From NCBI RefSeq assembly GCF_003790525.1, contig NZ_CP033635.1: DNA of 64,000 bases. One strand, 5' to 3'. Positions 52,341 through 64,000 of this stretch are shown one piece after another. Below the pieces are notes generated by a model that saw only the letters and a program-made list of their open reading frames with translations, ran no database searches and was not told the DNA's origin. How positions within the stretch are numbered: the first letter of the stretch is position 1; each line of letters starts with the position of its first letter. The stretch comes from Escherichia coli. Its GTDB lineage: Bacteria > Pseudomonadota > Gammaproteobacteria > Enterobacterales > Enterobacteriaceae. Made by a program: the position numbers and the translations under genes.

Positions 52341-53213
52341 TCAAAAAGGTTCGAGAGTCGCAAGCAGGCTGATGATCACCAGCACTACCGCACCTATCGC
52401 CCATTCGAGTTTAGTCATCCACACAAACCAGGGTGCCGCACGATCTTCATCCTGCCTCATGCGCGGTACAAGAACATAACGATTAGCCAGCGCAATGACC
52501 ACCATAATCATCACCAGGATGGCTTTGAGCAATAAGAGTTGGCCCCAGTAAGTCGTAAGCGTGGGGGGAAATCCGGTAATCAACAATGCATTAAGCACGC
52601 CGCTTGCCAGTACGCCGATCACCGCAAAATGCCCGCACCAGGAAAAACGCATCAGCGCCTGAATAGCCTGGTGTCGCCAACGGCCTTTGATGAGTTGCAT
52701 ACACCAGAGCACCGGCAGTAATCCCCCAAACCACGCCGCCGCACAAATCAGGTGAATCGCGTGATTAGTCTGATGGATTTTCGCCGTTACCCCTTCATTC
52801 AGCGTCGCATGCCCGACTCCCGCCAGCAGAAAAAATTGCGCGGTAGTGAGCATAAACAGCAAACGTGGCATATTCCGCGGTTGCATAAGGGCGACGATCA
52901 ACGTTACGAGGGCGAGAACAATTTGCCATAACCAGACGCCACCAAACTGCGCTTGCAAAACAGCCTGCCAAATGTTTGGCGAAAATACATCTGACCATCC
53001 CGTTCCCATCAACCCGCCCTGAACGGCGAGCATTGCAGTGGCACTGATCAAACTCCAGACGGCAGCGTGCTGTTGTAAACGCAGAAAACGCTTCGTCAGC
53101 AAGCGACGAATCGTTAAGGGGGCCAGCCAGGCACCGTACATTGCGAAGCCAAAAACCAACATCAGCGAGGTGAAATGGATAAATCGCAGCGCGATCCAGG
53201 TAAACGCCAGCAT
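52341..53213 (-). CDS. yebZ: CopD-family inner membrane protein YebZ, 290 aa
   Basis: Full-length ORF; 8-TM CopD-like profile. Confidence 0.92.
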   Translation of the reverse strand: MLAFTWIALRFIHFTSLMLVFGFAMYGAWLAPLTIRRLLTKRFLRLQQHAAVWSLISATAMLAVQGGLMGTGWSDVFSPNIWQAVLQAQFGGVWLWQIVLALVTLIVALMQPRNMPRLLFMLTTAQFFLLAGVGHATLNEGVTAKIHQTNHAIHLICAAAWFGGLLPVLWCMQLIKGRWRHQAIQALMRFSWCGHFAVIGVLASGVLNALLITGFPPTLTTYWGQLLLLKAILVMIMVVIALANRYVLVPRMRQDEDRAAPWFVWMTKLEWAIGAVVLVIISLLATLEPF

Positions 53214-53216
53214 GAT

Positions 53217-53591
53217 TTATTTCACGCTAAAGGTGTAGTGTCCTTTCGTTTTATGCCCGTCCACCGAAACAACATGCCAGTTAACGGTGTAGGTTCCGGG
53301 TTTCAGCGAATCGGCCAGTGGAACAATCAGTTGCTTTGGGTCCTGCTCATTTCGCTTCGCCGGTAATGTTTTAATATTTTCGTTTTTTGGCCCCGTGATT
53401 TTTGCACCACTGAATCCTGTTTCAACGCCTTCCGAGAAGTTTAAAGTGATTGCCTGCGGGGCAGCTGTCAGTTGCGCATTTGCTGCAGGATACTGATGCA
53501 TTAAATGCGCATGTGCCCAGACGGAAGGTGTCACCAACGAAGTGGTCAGGATTGCCAGCGCGTAGCGAAGGGAGCGTGCAGTTGAAGCCAT
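53217..53591 (-). CDS. yobA: CopC-family periplasmic copper-binding protein YobA, 124 aa
   Basis: Full-length ORF; signal peptide ending VWA, predicted mature N-terminus HAHLMHQ (His1 as in CopC). Confidence 0.92.
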   Translation of the reverse strand: MASTARSLRYALAILTTSLVTPSVWAHAHLMHQYPAANAQLTAAPQAITLNFSEGVETGFSGAKITGPKNENIKTLPAKRNEQDPKQLIVPLADSLKPGTYTVNWHVVSVDGHKTKGHYTFSVK

Positions 53592-53729
53592 ATTATCTAT
53601 TCCTTTTTGTAATAACTTTTTTACAGAGCATAACCTTGTCTAATGTCTGAGTCGAGGATCATCAATTCCGGCTTGCCATCCAGGCTCACTCTTAGTAACT
53701 TTTGCCCGCGAATGATGAGGAGATTAAGA

Positions 53730-53960
53730 ATGCTGAAGAATCTGGCTAAACTGGATCAAACAGAAATGGATAAAGTGAATGTCGATTTGGCGGCGGCAGG
53801 GGTTGCATTTAAAGAACGCTACAATATGCCGGTGATCGCTGAAGCGGTTGAACGTGAACAGCCTGAACATTTGCGCAGCTGGTTTCGCGAGCGGCTTATC
53901 GCCCACCGTTTGGCTTCGGTCAATCTGTCACGTTTACTTTACGAGCCCAAACTTAAATAA
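53730..53960 (+). CDS. holE: DNA polymerase III theta subunit HolE, 76 aa
   Basis: ORF 53643..53960; ATG at 53730 after GAGGAG gives 76 aa ([35 protein letters not shown]...). Confidence 0.92.
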   Translation: MLKNLAKLDQTEMDKVNVDLAAAGVAFKERYNMPVIAEAVEREQPEHLRSWFRERLIAHRLASVNLSRLLYEPKLK

Positions 53961-54061
53961 AACTTATACATAGTTACACTTTCTTACATAACGCCTGCTA
54001 AATTATGAGTATTTTCTAAACCGCACCCATAATTTGCAGTCATTTTGAAAAGGAAGTCATT

Positions 54062-54718
54062 ATGTCGTTCTGGAAAGTTGCAGCAGCGCAATATGAGCCT
54101 CGTAAAACCTCACTCACCGAACAGGTAGCTCATCATCTGGAGTTTGTGAGGGCCGCCGCCAGGCAACAATGTCAGCTGTTAGTTTTTCCATCGCTTTCTT
54201 TACTGGGGTGTGATTATTCGCGACGTGCCCTTCCTGCCCCCCCCGATCTCTCGCTATTAGACCCGCTTTGTTATGCTGCAACGACCTGGCGAATGACTAT
54301 CATTGCCGGCCTTCCCGTTGAATATAACGATCGCTTTATTCGTGGAATTGCGGTGTTCGCACCGTGGCGAAAAACGCCAGGGATCTACCATCAGAGTTAT
54401 GGTGCATGTCTGGGCCGTCGTTCCAGAACCATCACGGTGGTCGATGAACAACCGGAAGGTATGGATATGGACCCGACCTGTTCACTGTTTACGACAGGGC
54501 AATGTCTGGGAGAACCCGACCTGCTGGCGTCGGCCCGTCGCTTACAATTTTTTTCACATCAGTACTCGATTGCTGTGCTGATGGCAAATGCCCGTGGTAA
54601 CAGTGCACTATGGGATGAACATGGTCGTCTCATCGTTCGCGCCGATCGTGGTTCATTATTGTTAGTCGGTCAGCGTTCATCACAGGGTTGGCAAGGCGAT
54701 ATCATTCCATTACGCTAG
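54062..54718 (+). CDS. yobB: carbon-nitrogen hydrolase (nitrilase superfamily) protein YobB, 218 aa
   Basis: Full-length ORF; conserved position between holE and exoX. Confidence 0.9.
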   Translation: MSFWKVAAAQYEPRKTSLTEQVAHHLEFVRAAARQQCQLLVFPSLSLLGCDYSRRALPAPPDLSLLDPLCYAATTWRMTIIAGLPVEYNDRFIRGIAVFAPWRKTPGIYHQSYGACLGRRSRTITVVDEQPEGMDMDPTCSLFTTGQCLGEPDLLASARRLQFFSHQYSIAVLMANARGNSALWDEHGRLIVRADRGSLLLVGQRSSQGWQGDIIPLR

Positions 54719-54741
54719 GCTTTTTCGGCCTGGAGCATGCC

Positions 54742-57488
<2,747 letters not shown>

Positions 57489-57667
57489 TTATAAGGGTGG
57501 CAAAACTCACCGGGGATGCAAGCGAAACAGGGTAGTCATTGCTTAGATGATGACAGGTAATGGCGCGGATATCGAATGTTATGCAGACAGAGAAAATCAG
57601 CCTGCTCAAATGGCCGTGCGGTTCTGGATAGCCCGAAATCGTCAACTTCAGGCTATCCAGAGCGGAA

Positions 57668-58327
57668 TTATTCCGCCAAAGTGCGTTTTTGTTGTTCGAG
57701 ATCGCGTTCAATGCCTTCACGAACGTCCTGGGGAATTTTCAGCGCGTCACCCAGTGCATTCAGGTAACTGCGTTCCATAAAATGGTCAATATCAATAGCC
57801 GCGCAGCTCAGGAAATAGATTTCCAGCGCCTCTTCTTCATTGCGGACCCCGGTAGCCAGGCGTTGTGGATCCAGCGGTTGTTCGATTGCCTGCTCAATGA
57901 GTACACGCCCCTGCTCTTCCACGCCGGCTTCACGCAATTGCTGGTCGATTGCCGCACGTTCTCTGGCATCAATATGACCATCACTTTTAGCGGCAAAGAC
58001 CAGCGCAAGGATCAAACGTTCCGTACGCTCATCCAGCGGCGTACTTTGCGCGCCAAACTGCGGTTCGTCCTGATGCGCCGCGCGAATTTTATCTTTGTAT
58101 TTATTCCACAGCACCGTACCCGCGACCGCTCCGCCGCCAACCAGTAACGCGTTGGTGCCATATTTCGTAAGAAGTTTCCGTGCTGATTTATTTGCGACCA
58201 GCAGCCCAGCCAGTCCGCCTAATGCGCCTGGCACTAAAAGTTTGCCCAATCCCTGATCCGCAGACGAGGAGGTAGAAGAACGGCTTTGCCCAAGCAGGGA
58301 TTGCAGTTGATTTAACCAGTTAGCCAT
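57668..58327 (-). CDS. yebE: DUF533 inner membrane protein YebE, 219 aa
   Basis: Full-length ORF. Confidence 0.9.
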   Translation of the reverse strand: MANWLNQLQSLLGQSRSSTSSSADQGLGKLLVPGALGGLAGLLVANKSARKLLTKYGTNALLVGGGAVAGTVLWNKYKDKIRAAHQDEPQFGAQSTPLDERTERLILALVFAAKSDGHIDARERAAIDQQLREAGVEEQGRVLIEQAIEQPLDPQRLATGVRNEEEALEIYFLSCAAIDIDHFMERSYLNALGDALKIPQDVREGIERDLEQQKRTLAE

Positions 58328-58542
58328 ATTTGCTCCTCAATAACCATTTTTAGTGCCTGTAGCATAGCGGATGAGGATGTCAGAAAATGTATATCGAGAC
58401 AAAAGATGCGCAAATAAGCGAGTCGGTAGGCCGTTATTCAAAGAAATTCGCGCCAGGTAAGGTGTTCACTGTATATCAGGTGATAAGGGTATTTTAGGTG
58501 AAAGTAGTTTGACGTTTTGAGTAGCACTGTTTGATGCTGATT

Positions 58543-58616
58543 GCCCGATGCGACGCTGTTGCGTCTTCTCAGGCCTACGATTGTGGGGCGGACAAGGCAT
58601 TCGCGCCGCATCCGCC
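58543..58616. repeat. pair of REP (repetitive extragenic palindromic) sequences in inverted orientation (BIME-like)
   Basis: GCCCGATGCGACGCTGTTGCGTCTTCTCAGGCCTAC (58543..58578) and inverted copy GGGGCGGACAAGGCATTCGCGCCGCATCCGCC (58585..58616) match the REP pattern GCC(G/T)GATGCG...GCCTAC. Confidence 0.7.
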
Positions 58617-58643
58617 AACGGTCAATCGAATTATCAGAAGCCA

Positions 58644-59048
<405 letters not shown>

Positions 59049-59066
59049 TCAGGAGCGCAAGTTGCT

Positions 59067-59357
59067 TCAGGCCGCGTGTGAGGCATCTTCCTCTTCGGAT
59101 TCAGCACCGACGACCTGTGGGGACGGTAATTTGCCGGTTTTCAGAATGGTGCTCAGCACATCTTTTTGTTCTGCCAGCCATAGCGAAAGGGCTTCACGTT
59201 GCTCGTCTTCCATTTGCACTGGAGAATTTGTCAGCCAGGTGTCAAGCAGATCCGCCGTATCAAGCATTTTGTCATAAGCATCGGCTTCCTTTTTGCTGGT
59301 AAACGACATTTTCTCTTCGCCCTCACGAATGACTACGTATTTAACTTCAACCGCCAT
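59067..59357 (-). CDS. yebG: SOS-inducible protein YebG, 96 aa
   Basis: Full-length ORF; LexA box immediately upstream. Confidence 0.93.
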   Translation of the reverse strand: MAVEVKYVVIREGEEKMSFTSKKEADAYDKMLDTADLLDTWLTNSPVQMEDEQREALSLWLAEQKDVLSTILKTGKLPSPQVVGAESEEEDASHAA

Positions 59358-59374
59358 TTGCAGCCTCTCATAAT

Positions 59375-59394
59375 AACTGTGATTTTATACAGTA
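59375..59394. promoter_or_regulatory. LexA operator (SOS box) in the yebG promoter
   Basis: AACTGTGATTTTATACAGTA = CTGT-N8-ACAG palindrome, 20 bp upstream of the yebG start. Confidence 0.8.
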
Positions 59395-59437
59395 TATTTC
59401 TTCTCGGTTGGGAAATCAACATCAACAATAAAGACAC

Positions 59438-59453
59438 GCGCAAACGTTTTCGT
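59438..59453. promoter_or_regulatory. PurR operator (PUR box) in the purT promoter
   Basis: GCGCAAACGTTTTCGT matches the PurR consensus ACGCAAACGTTTGCGT at 14 of 16 positions; about 40 bp upstream of purT. Confidence 0.75.
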
Positions 59454-59490
59454 TTATACTGCGCGCGGAATTAATCAGGGGATATTCGTT

Positions 59491-60669
59491 ATGACGTTAT
59501 TAGGCACTGCGCTGCGTCCGGCAGCAACTCGCGTGATGTTATTAGGCTCCGGTGAACTGGGTAAAGAAGTGGCAATCGAGTGTCAGCGTCTCGGCGTAGA
59601 GGTGATTGCCGTCGATCGCTATGCCGACGCGCCAGCTATGCATGTCGCGCATCGCTCCCATGTCATTAATATGCTTGATGGTGATGCATTACGCCGTGTG
59701 GTTGAACTGGAAAAACCACATTATATCGTGCCGGAGATCGAAGCTATTGCCACCGATATGCTGATCCAACTTGAAGAGGAAGGACTGAATGTTGTCCCCT
59801 GCGCGCGCGCAACGAAATTAACGATGAATCGCGAGGGTATCCGTCGCCTGGCGGCAGAAGAGCTGCAGCTGCCCACTTCCACTTATCGTTTTGCCGATAG
59901 CGAAAACCTTTTCCGCGAGGCGGTTGCTGACATCGGCTATCCCTGCATTGTTAAACCGGTGATGAGTTCCTCCGGCAAGGGGCAGACGTTTATTCGTTCT
60001 GCAGAGCAACTTGCTCAGGCATGGGAGTACGCTCAGCAAGGCGGTCGCGCCGGAGCGGGCCGTGTAATTGTTGAAGGCGTCGTTAAGTTTGATTTCGAAA
60101 TTACCCTGCTAACCGTCAGCGCGGTGGATGGCGTCCATTTCTGTGCACCGGTAGGTCATCGCCAGGAAGATGGCGACTATCGTGAATCCTGGCAACCACA
60201 ACAAATGAGCCCGCTTGCCCTTGAACGTGCGCAGGAGATTGCCCGTAAAGTGGTGCTGGCACTGGGCGGTTATGGGCTGTTTGGTGTCGAGCTGTTTGTC
60301 TGTGGTGATGAGGTGATTTTCAGTGAAGTCTCCCCTCGCCCGCATGACACCGGGATGGTGACGCTAATTTCTCAGGATCTCTCGGAGTTTGCCCTGCATG
60401 TACGTGCCTTCCTCGGACTTCCGGTTGGCGGGATCCGCCAGTATGGTCCTGCTGCTTCTGCCGTTATCCTGCCGCAACTGACCAGTCAGAATGTCACGTT
60501 TGATAATGTGCAGAATGCCGTAGGCGCAGATTTACAGATTCGTTTATTTGGTAAGCCGGAAATTGATGGCAGCCGTCGTCTGGGGGTAGCACTGGCTACT
60601 GCAGAGAGTGTTGTTGACGCCATTGAACGCGCGAAGCACGCCGCCGGACAGGTAAAAGTACAGGGTTAA
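59491..60669 (+). CDS. purT: phosphoribosylglycinamide formyltransferase 2 (formate-dependent GAR transformylase) PurT, 392 aa
   Basis: Full-length ORF; ATP-grasp enzyme. Confidence 0.96.
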   Translation: MTLLGTALRPAATRVMLLGSGELGKEVAIECQRLGVEVIAVDRYADAPAMHVAHRSHVINMLDGDALRRVVELEKPHYIVPEIEAIATDMLIQLEEEGLNVVPCARATKLTMNREGIRRLAAEELQLPTSTYRFADSENLFREAVADIGYPCIVKPVMSSSGKGQTFIRSAEQLAQAWEYAQQGGRAGAGRVIVEGVVKFDFEITLLTVSAVDGVHFCAPVGHRQEDGDYRESWQPQQMSPLALERAQEIARKVVLALGGYGLFGVELFVCGDEVIFSEVSPRPHDTGMVTLISQDLSEFALHVRAFLGLPVGGIRQYGPAASAVILPQLTSQNVTFDNVQNAVGADLQIRLFGKPEIDGSRRLGVALATAESVVDAIERAKHAAGQVKVQG

Positions 60670-60685
60670 ACCCGGCAAAAAACCG

Positions 60686-60724
60686 CTACAAAAATGCCCG
60701 ATCCTTGATCGGGCATTTTGACTT
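60686..60724. terminator. bidirectional intrinsic terminator between purT and eda
   Basis: ACAAAAATGCCCGATC-CTT-GATCGGGCATTTTGACTTTT. Confidence 0.75.
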
Positions 60725-61366
60725 TTACAGCTTAGCGCCTTCTACAGCTTCACGCGCCAGCTTAGTAATGCGGTCGTAATCGCCCGCTTCCAGCGCATCT
60801 GCCGGAACCAGCCAGGAACCACCGATGCACAGCACGCTTTTCAGCGCCAGGTAGTCACGGTAGTTAGCCGGAGAAATACCACCTGTCGGGCAGAAACGGA
60901 CCTGGGAGAACGGACCCGCGATCGCCTGCAGGGCTTTCACACCGCCGTTAGCTTCAGCCGGGAAGAATTTGAACTCTTTCAAACCGTAGTCCATACCCAG
61001 CATCAGTTCGGAAACAGTGCTGATCCCCGGAATCAGAGGAATAGTCCCTTCGGTAGCAGCTTTCAGCAGCGGCTCGGTCAGACCCGGGCTAATTGCAAAC
61101 TGTGCACCCGCTTCTGTGACTTCTGCCAGCTGCTGTGGATTCAGCACCGTACCGGCACCCACAATCGCTTCAGGCACTTCTTTGGCGATAGCTCGGATAG
61201 CGTCAACTGCGCACTCGGTACGCAGAGTCACTTCCAGAACGCGCACCCCACCAGCAACCAACGCTTTTGCCATCGGCACCGCGTGTTCCAGTTTTTTTAC
61301 CACGATAACCGGTACAACCGGGCCGGTGGTCAGGATTGATTCTGCACTTGTTTTCCAGTTTTTCAT
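60725..61366 (-). CDS. eda: KHG/KDPG aldolase Eda, 213 aa
   Basis: Full-length ORF; recognised Eda sequence ([23 protein letters not shown]...). Confidence 0.97.
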
Positions 61367-61402
61367 CAGAGTTTTCTCTCGCCTGATTACAAATTTGTCG
61401 TC

Positions 61403-63214
61403 TTAAAAAGTGATACAGGTTGCGCCCTGTTCGGCACCGGACAGTTTTTCACGCAAGGCGCTGAATAATTCACGTCCTGTTCCCACGCGTGACGCGCTCA
61501 GGTCAGGAATGTGCGGTTCGCGAGCAGCCAGTTCCGCTTCGTCTACCAGCAGCGTCAGTTCGCCTGTCTGTCCATTCACACGAATGATGTCCCCGTCGCG
61601 CACTTTTGCCAGCAGCCCGCCATCGTAGGCCTCTGGTGTTACGTGGATAGCTGACGGCACTTTACCTGAAGCGCCGGAGAGTCGTCCATCGGTAACTAAC
61701 GCAATTTTGAAACACCGGTCCAATAATACACCAAGTGGCGGCATGAGTTTATGTAATTCTGGCATTCCGTTCGCTTTTGGCCCCTGATGACGGACAACAA
61801 CGACACAATCGCGGTCCAGCAAACCCGCTTCAAAGGCCGGCATAACGTCATGCTGGCTTTCAAAAACAACCGCTGGCGCTTCAATCACCTGGTTCTCTAC
61901 CGGCACGGCAGAGGTTTTCATAACCGCACGGCCCAGGTTACCGCTTAACACTTTTGTCCCACCATGATGAGAGAAAGGTTGTTCGAAGGAAGCGATCACA
62001 TTGCTGTCGAGTGATTTTTCCGCCCCTTCCCGCCAGTCCAGTTCACCATTATTCAGCCATGGTTCAAGGGTATAACGAGACAGACCAAAGCCTGCCACCG
62101 TATTGACATCTTCATGCAGCAGGCCTGCTTTGAGCAGTTCACGCACCAGAACCGGTACGCCACCTGCCGCCTGGAAGTGGTTAATATCAGCCGGACCGTT
62201 CGGGTAGAGACGTGCCATCAGCGGTACAACATCAGAAAGGTCAGAGAAGTCATCCCAGTTAATCTGAATACCGGCCGCGCGTGCCATCGCCACCAGGTGC
62301 ATGGTGTGGTTAGTGGAACCACCGGTCGCCAGCAGTGCAACGATACCGTTCACCACCACTTTCTCATCTATCATCTTACCGATCGGCATCCATTCATTAC
62401 CATTACCGGTCATGCGTGTAACCTGGCGCGCAGCGGCTGCGGTCAAAGCATCGCGCAGCGGAGAATCCGGATGAACAAATGAAGAGCCTGGCAACTGCAT
62501 CCCCATAAACTCCACCACCATCTGGTTGGTGTTGGCAGTACCGTAGAAAGTACATGTTCCCGGCGCATGATAAGATGCGGCTTCTGACTCCAGTAGTGCC
62601 ATGCGGTCCACTTTACCTTCGGCATAAAGCTGACGAATACGCACTTTTTCTTTATTTGGCAAACCGCTTGCCATCGGTCCAGACGGCACAAACACCGCGG
62701 GCAAATGCCCAAACGACAGGGCTGCCATAGTCAGACCCGGAACAATCTTGTCGCACACACCGAGGAACAGCGCACCATCAAACATGTTATGGGACAGCCC
62801 CACCGCCGCAGACATCGCAATCACTTCGCGGCTTAACAGCGACAATTCCATTCCATCCTGCCCCTGGGTGACACCATCACACATCGCCGGAACACCGCCC
62901 GCAACCTGACCAACCGCATTTGCTTCATGCAGGGCTTTACGAATGATTTCTGGATAGTGTTCATAAGGCTGGTGCGCGGAGAGCATGTCGTTATAGGAGG
63001 TGATGATGGCGATATTGTTACGCAACATGCTTTTCAAAGAGGCTTTGTCTTCTGGCTGGCAGGCAGCGAAACCGTGTGCCAGGTTACCGCATGCCAACTG
63101 CGAACGATGAACGGTCGAAGTTTTCGCTTGTTCTATCCGGGCGAGATAAGCAGAGCGAGTCTCGCGCGAACGTTCAATGATTCGATTTGTTACGCGTAAC
63201 AATTGTGGGTTCAT
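61403..63214 (-). CDS. edd: phosphogluconate dehydratase Edd, 603 aa
   Basis: Full-length ORF; ILVD/EDD dehydratase family. Confidence 0.97.
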   Translation of the reverse strand: MNPQLLRVTNRIIERSRETRSAYLARIEQAKTSTVHRSQLACGNLAHGFAACQPEDKASLKSMLRNNIAIITSYNDMLSAHQPYEHYPEIIRKALHEANAVGQVAGGVPAMCDGVTQGQDGMELSLLSREVIAMSAAVGLSHNMFDGALFLGVCDKIVPGLTMAALSFGHLPAVFVPSGPMASGLPNKEKVRIRQLYAEGKVDRMALLESEAASYHAPGTCTFYGTANTNQMVVEFMGMQLPGSSFVHPDSPLRDALTAAAARQVTRMTGNGNEWMPIGKMIDEKVVVNGIVALLATGGSTNHTMHLVAMARAAGIQINWDDFSDLSDVVPLMARLYPNGPADINHFQAAGGVPVLVRELLKAGLLHEDVNTVAGFGLSRYTLEPWLNNGELDWREGAEKSLDSNVIASFEQPFSHHGGTKVLSGNLGRAVMKTSAVPVENQVIEAPAVVFESQHDVMPAFEAGLLDRDCVVVVRHQGPKANGMPELHKLMPPLGVLLDRCFKIALVTDGRLSGASGKVPSAIHVTPEAYDGGLLAKVRDGDIIRVNGQTGELTLLVDEAELAAREPHIPDLSASRVGTGRELFSALREKLSGAEQGATCITF

Positions 63215-63333
63215 AAAGGCTCCTGAAATTGAGTTGTCAGAGCAGGATGATTCACAACGCGTTTCATTCAGAGGATTTATGACTGAAACGCCTGTAACCG
63301 GAGCTCATAGGGCAAAAACGTTTCAGTCAGTGT

Positions 63334-63370
63334 AATAAAAAAAGCCTCGTGGGTGAATCCGCACGAGGCC
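63334..63370 (-). terminator. intrinsic terminator downstream of zwf
   Basis: Minus strand GCCTCGTG-loop-CACGAGGC followed by TTTTTTTTA. Confidence 0.7.
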
Positions 63371-63408
63371 TGAAAGTGTAAAAATTGTTCTACAATCTGT
63401 GCAAGATC

Positions 63409-63424
63409 ATGTTACCGGTAAAAT
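63409..63424. promoter_or_regulatory. GntR operator upstream of edd
   Basis: ATGTTACCGGTAAAAT closely matches the GntR palindromic consensus ATGTTACCGGTAACAT. Confidence 0.7.
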
Positions 63425-63448
63425 AACCATAAAGGATGAGCGCAGATA

Positions 63449-64000
63449 TTACTCAAACTCATTCCAGGAACGACCATCCCGGGTAATCATCGCCACTGAG
63501 GCAACGGGTCCCCAGGTTCCGGCCTGATACGGTTTCGGCGCATCATTGTCCATCGCCCACGCCTCAGTAATGGAGTCTACCCATTTCCAGGCTTCTTCCA
63601 CTTCATCACGACGTACAAACAGTGCCTGAATACCACGCATGGTTTCCAGCAGCAGACGTTCATAGGCATCTGCCAGATGCGTTTGATTAAAGGTTTCTGA
63701 ATAGCTCAGATCCAGCTTGGTGATTTGCAGGTTATGTTTATGGTCAAGGCCAGGAACTTTATTTAGTACCTGGATATCCACGCCTTCATCAGGTTGCAGA
63801 CGGATAGTCAGTTTATTCTGCGGCAGATCCTGCCACGACTCTTTAAACAGATTCAGTTCAGGTGTTTTGAAATAGACCACGACTTCAGAACATTTGGTCG
63901 GCAGACGTTTACCAGTACGCAGGTAGAATGGCACACCGGCCCAGCGCCAGTTATCAATGTCGACGCGGATCGCCACGAAGGTTTCTGTATTGCTGCTCTT
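63449..64000 (-). CDS. zwf: glucose-6-phosphate dehydrogenase Zwf, C-terminal 183 codons; 5' end beyond window
   Basis: ORF in frame to the window edge; C-terminal G6PD sequence (...QAGTWGPVASVAMITRDGRSWNEFE). Confidence 0.93.
   Translation of the reverse strand, partial: KSSNTETFVAIRVDIDNWRWAGVPFYLRTGKRLPTKCSEVVVYFKTPELNLFKESWQDLPQNKLTIRLQPDEGVDIQVLNKVPGLDHKHNLQITKLDLSYSETFNQTHLADAYERLLLETMRGIQALFVRRDEVEEAWKWVDSITEAWAMDNDAPKPYQAGTWGPVASVAMITRDGRSWNEFE

Overview
This 64 kb window reads as conserved Escherichia coli K-12-type chromosomal backbone (about 41-42 min), running from the 3' end of dgcI(yeaI) to the 3' end of zwf. I recognise about 73 protein-coding genes in the canonical order dgcI'-dgcJ-yeaK-yoaI-yeaL-nimR-nimT-yeaO-yoaF-dgcP-yoaK-yoaJ-yeaQ-yoaG-yeaR-leuE-dmlR-dmlA-yeaVWX-rnd-fadD-yeaY-tsaB-yoaA-yoaB-yoaC-yoaH-pabB-nudL-sdaA-pdeD-yoaE-manXYZ-yobD-mntP-rlmA-cspC-yobF-yebO-mgrB-yobH-kdgR-yebQ-htpX-prc-proQ-msrC-letA-letB-rsmF-yebV-yebW-pphA-(sdsR/ryeA)-yebY-yebZ-yobA-holE-yobB-exoX-ptrB-yebE-yebF-yebG-purT-eda-edd-zwf'. 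Gene calls rest on the supplied ORF track plus my own translation and recognition of the proteins; no database search was run, and exact start codons for some genes are inferred from remembered protein lengths. I found no IS elements, prophage genes, integrases, CRISPR arrays or defence-island-like cargo, and I cannot honestly point to a previously undescribed system here. The clearest anomaly is an in-frame TGA at codon 24 of rlmA, which leaves every other gene in the window full length. Other points worth a look are the SdsR/RyeA antisense sRNA pair, the Mn riboswitch leader of mntP, several small membrane proteins missed by a 60-aa ORF cutoff, a cluster of c-di-GMP enzymes, the dmlRA/yeaVWX carnitine cluster, the yobA-yebZ-yebY copper-type operon, and a set of recognisable operators (LexA, PurR, GntR, NsrR, FadR), REP elements and intrinsic terminators.
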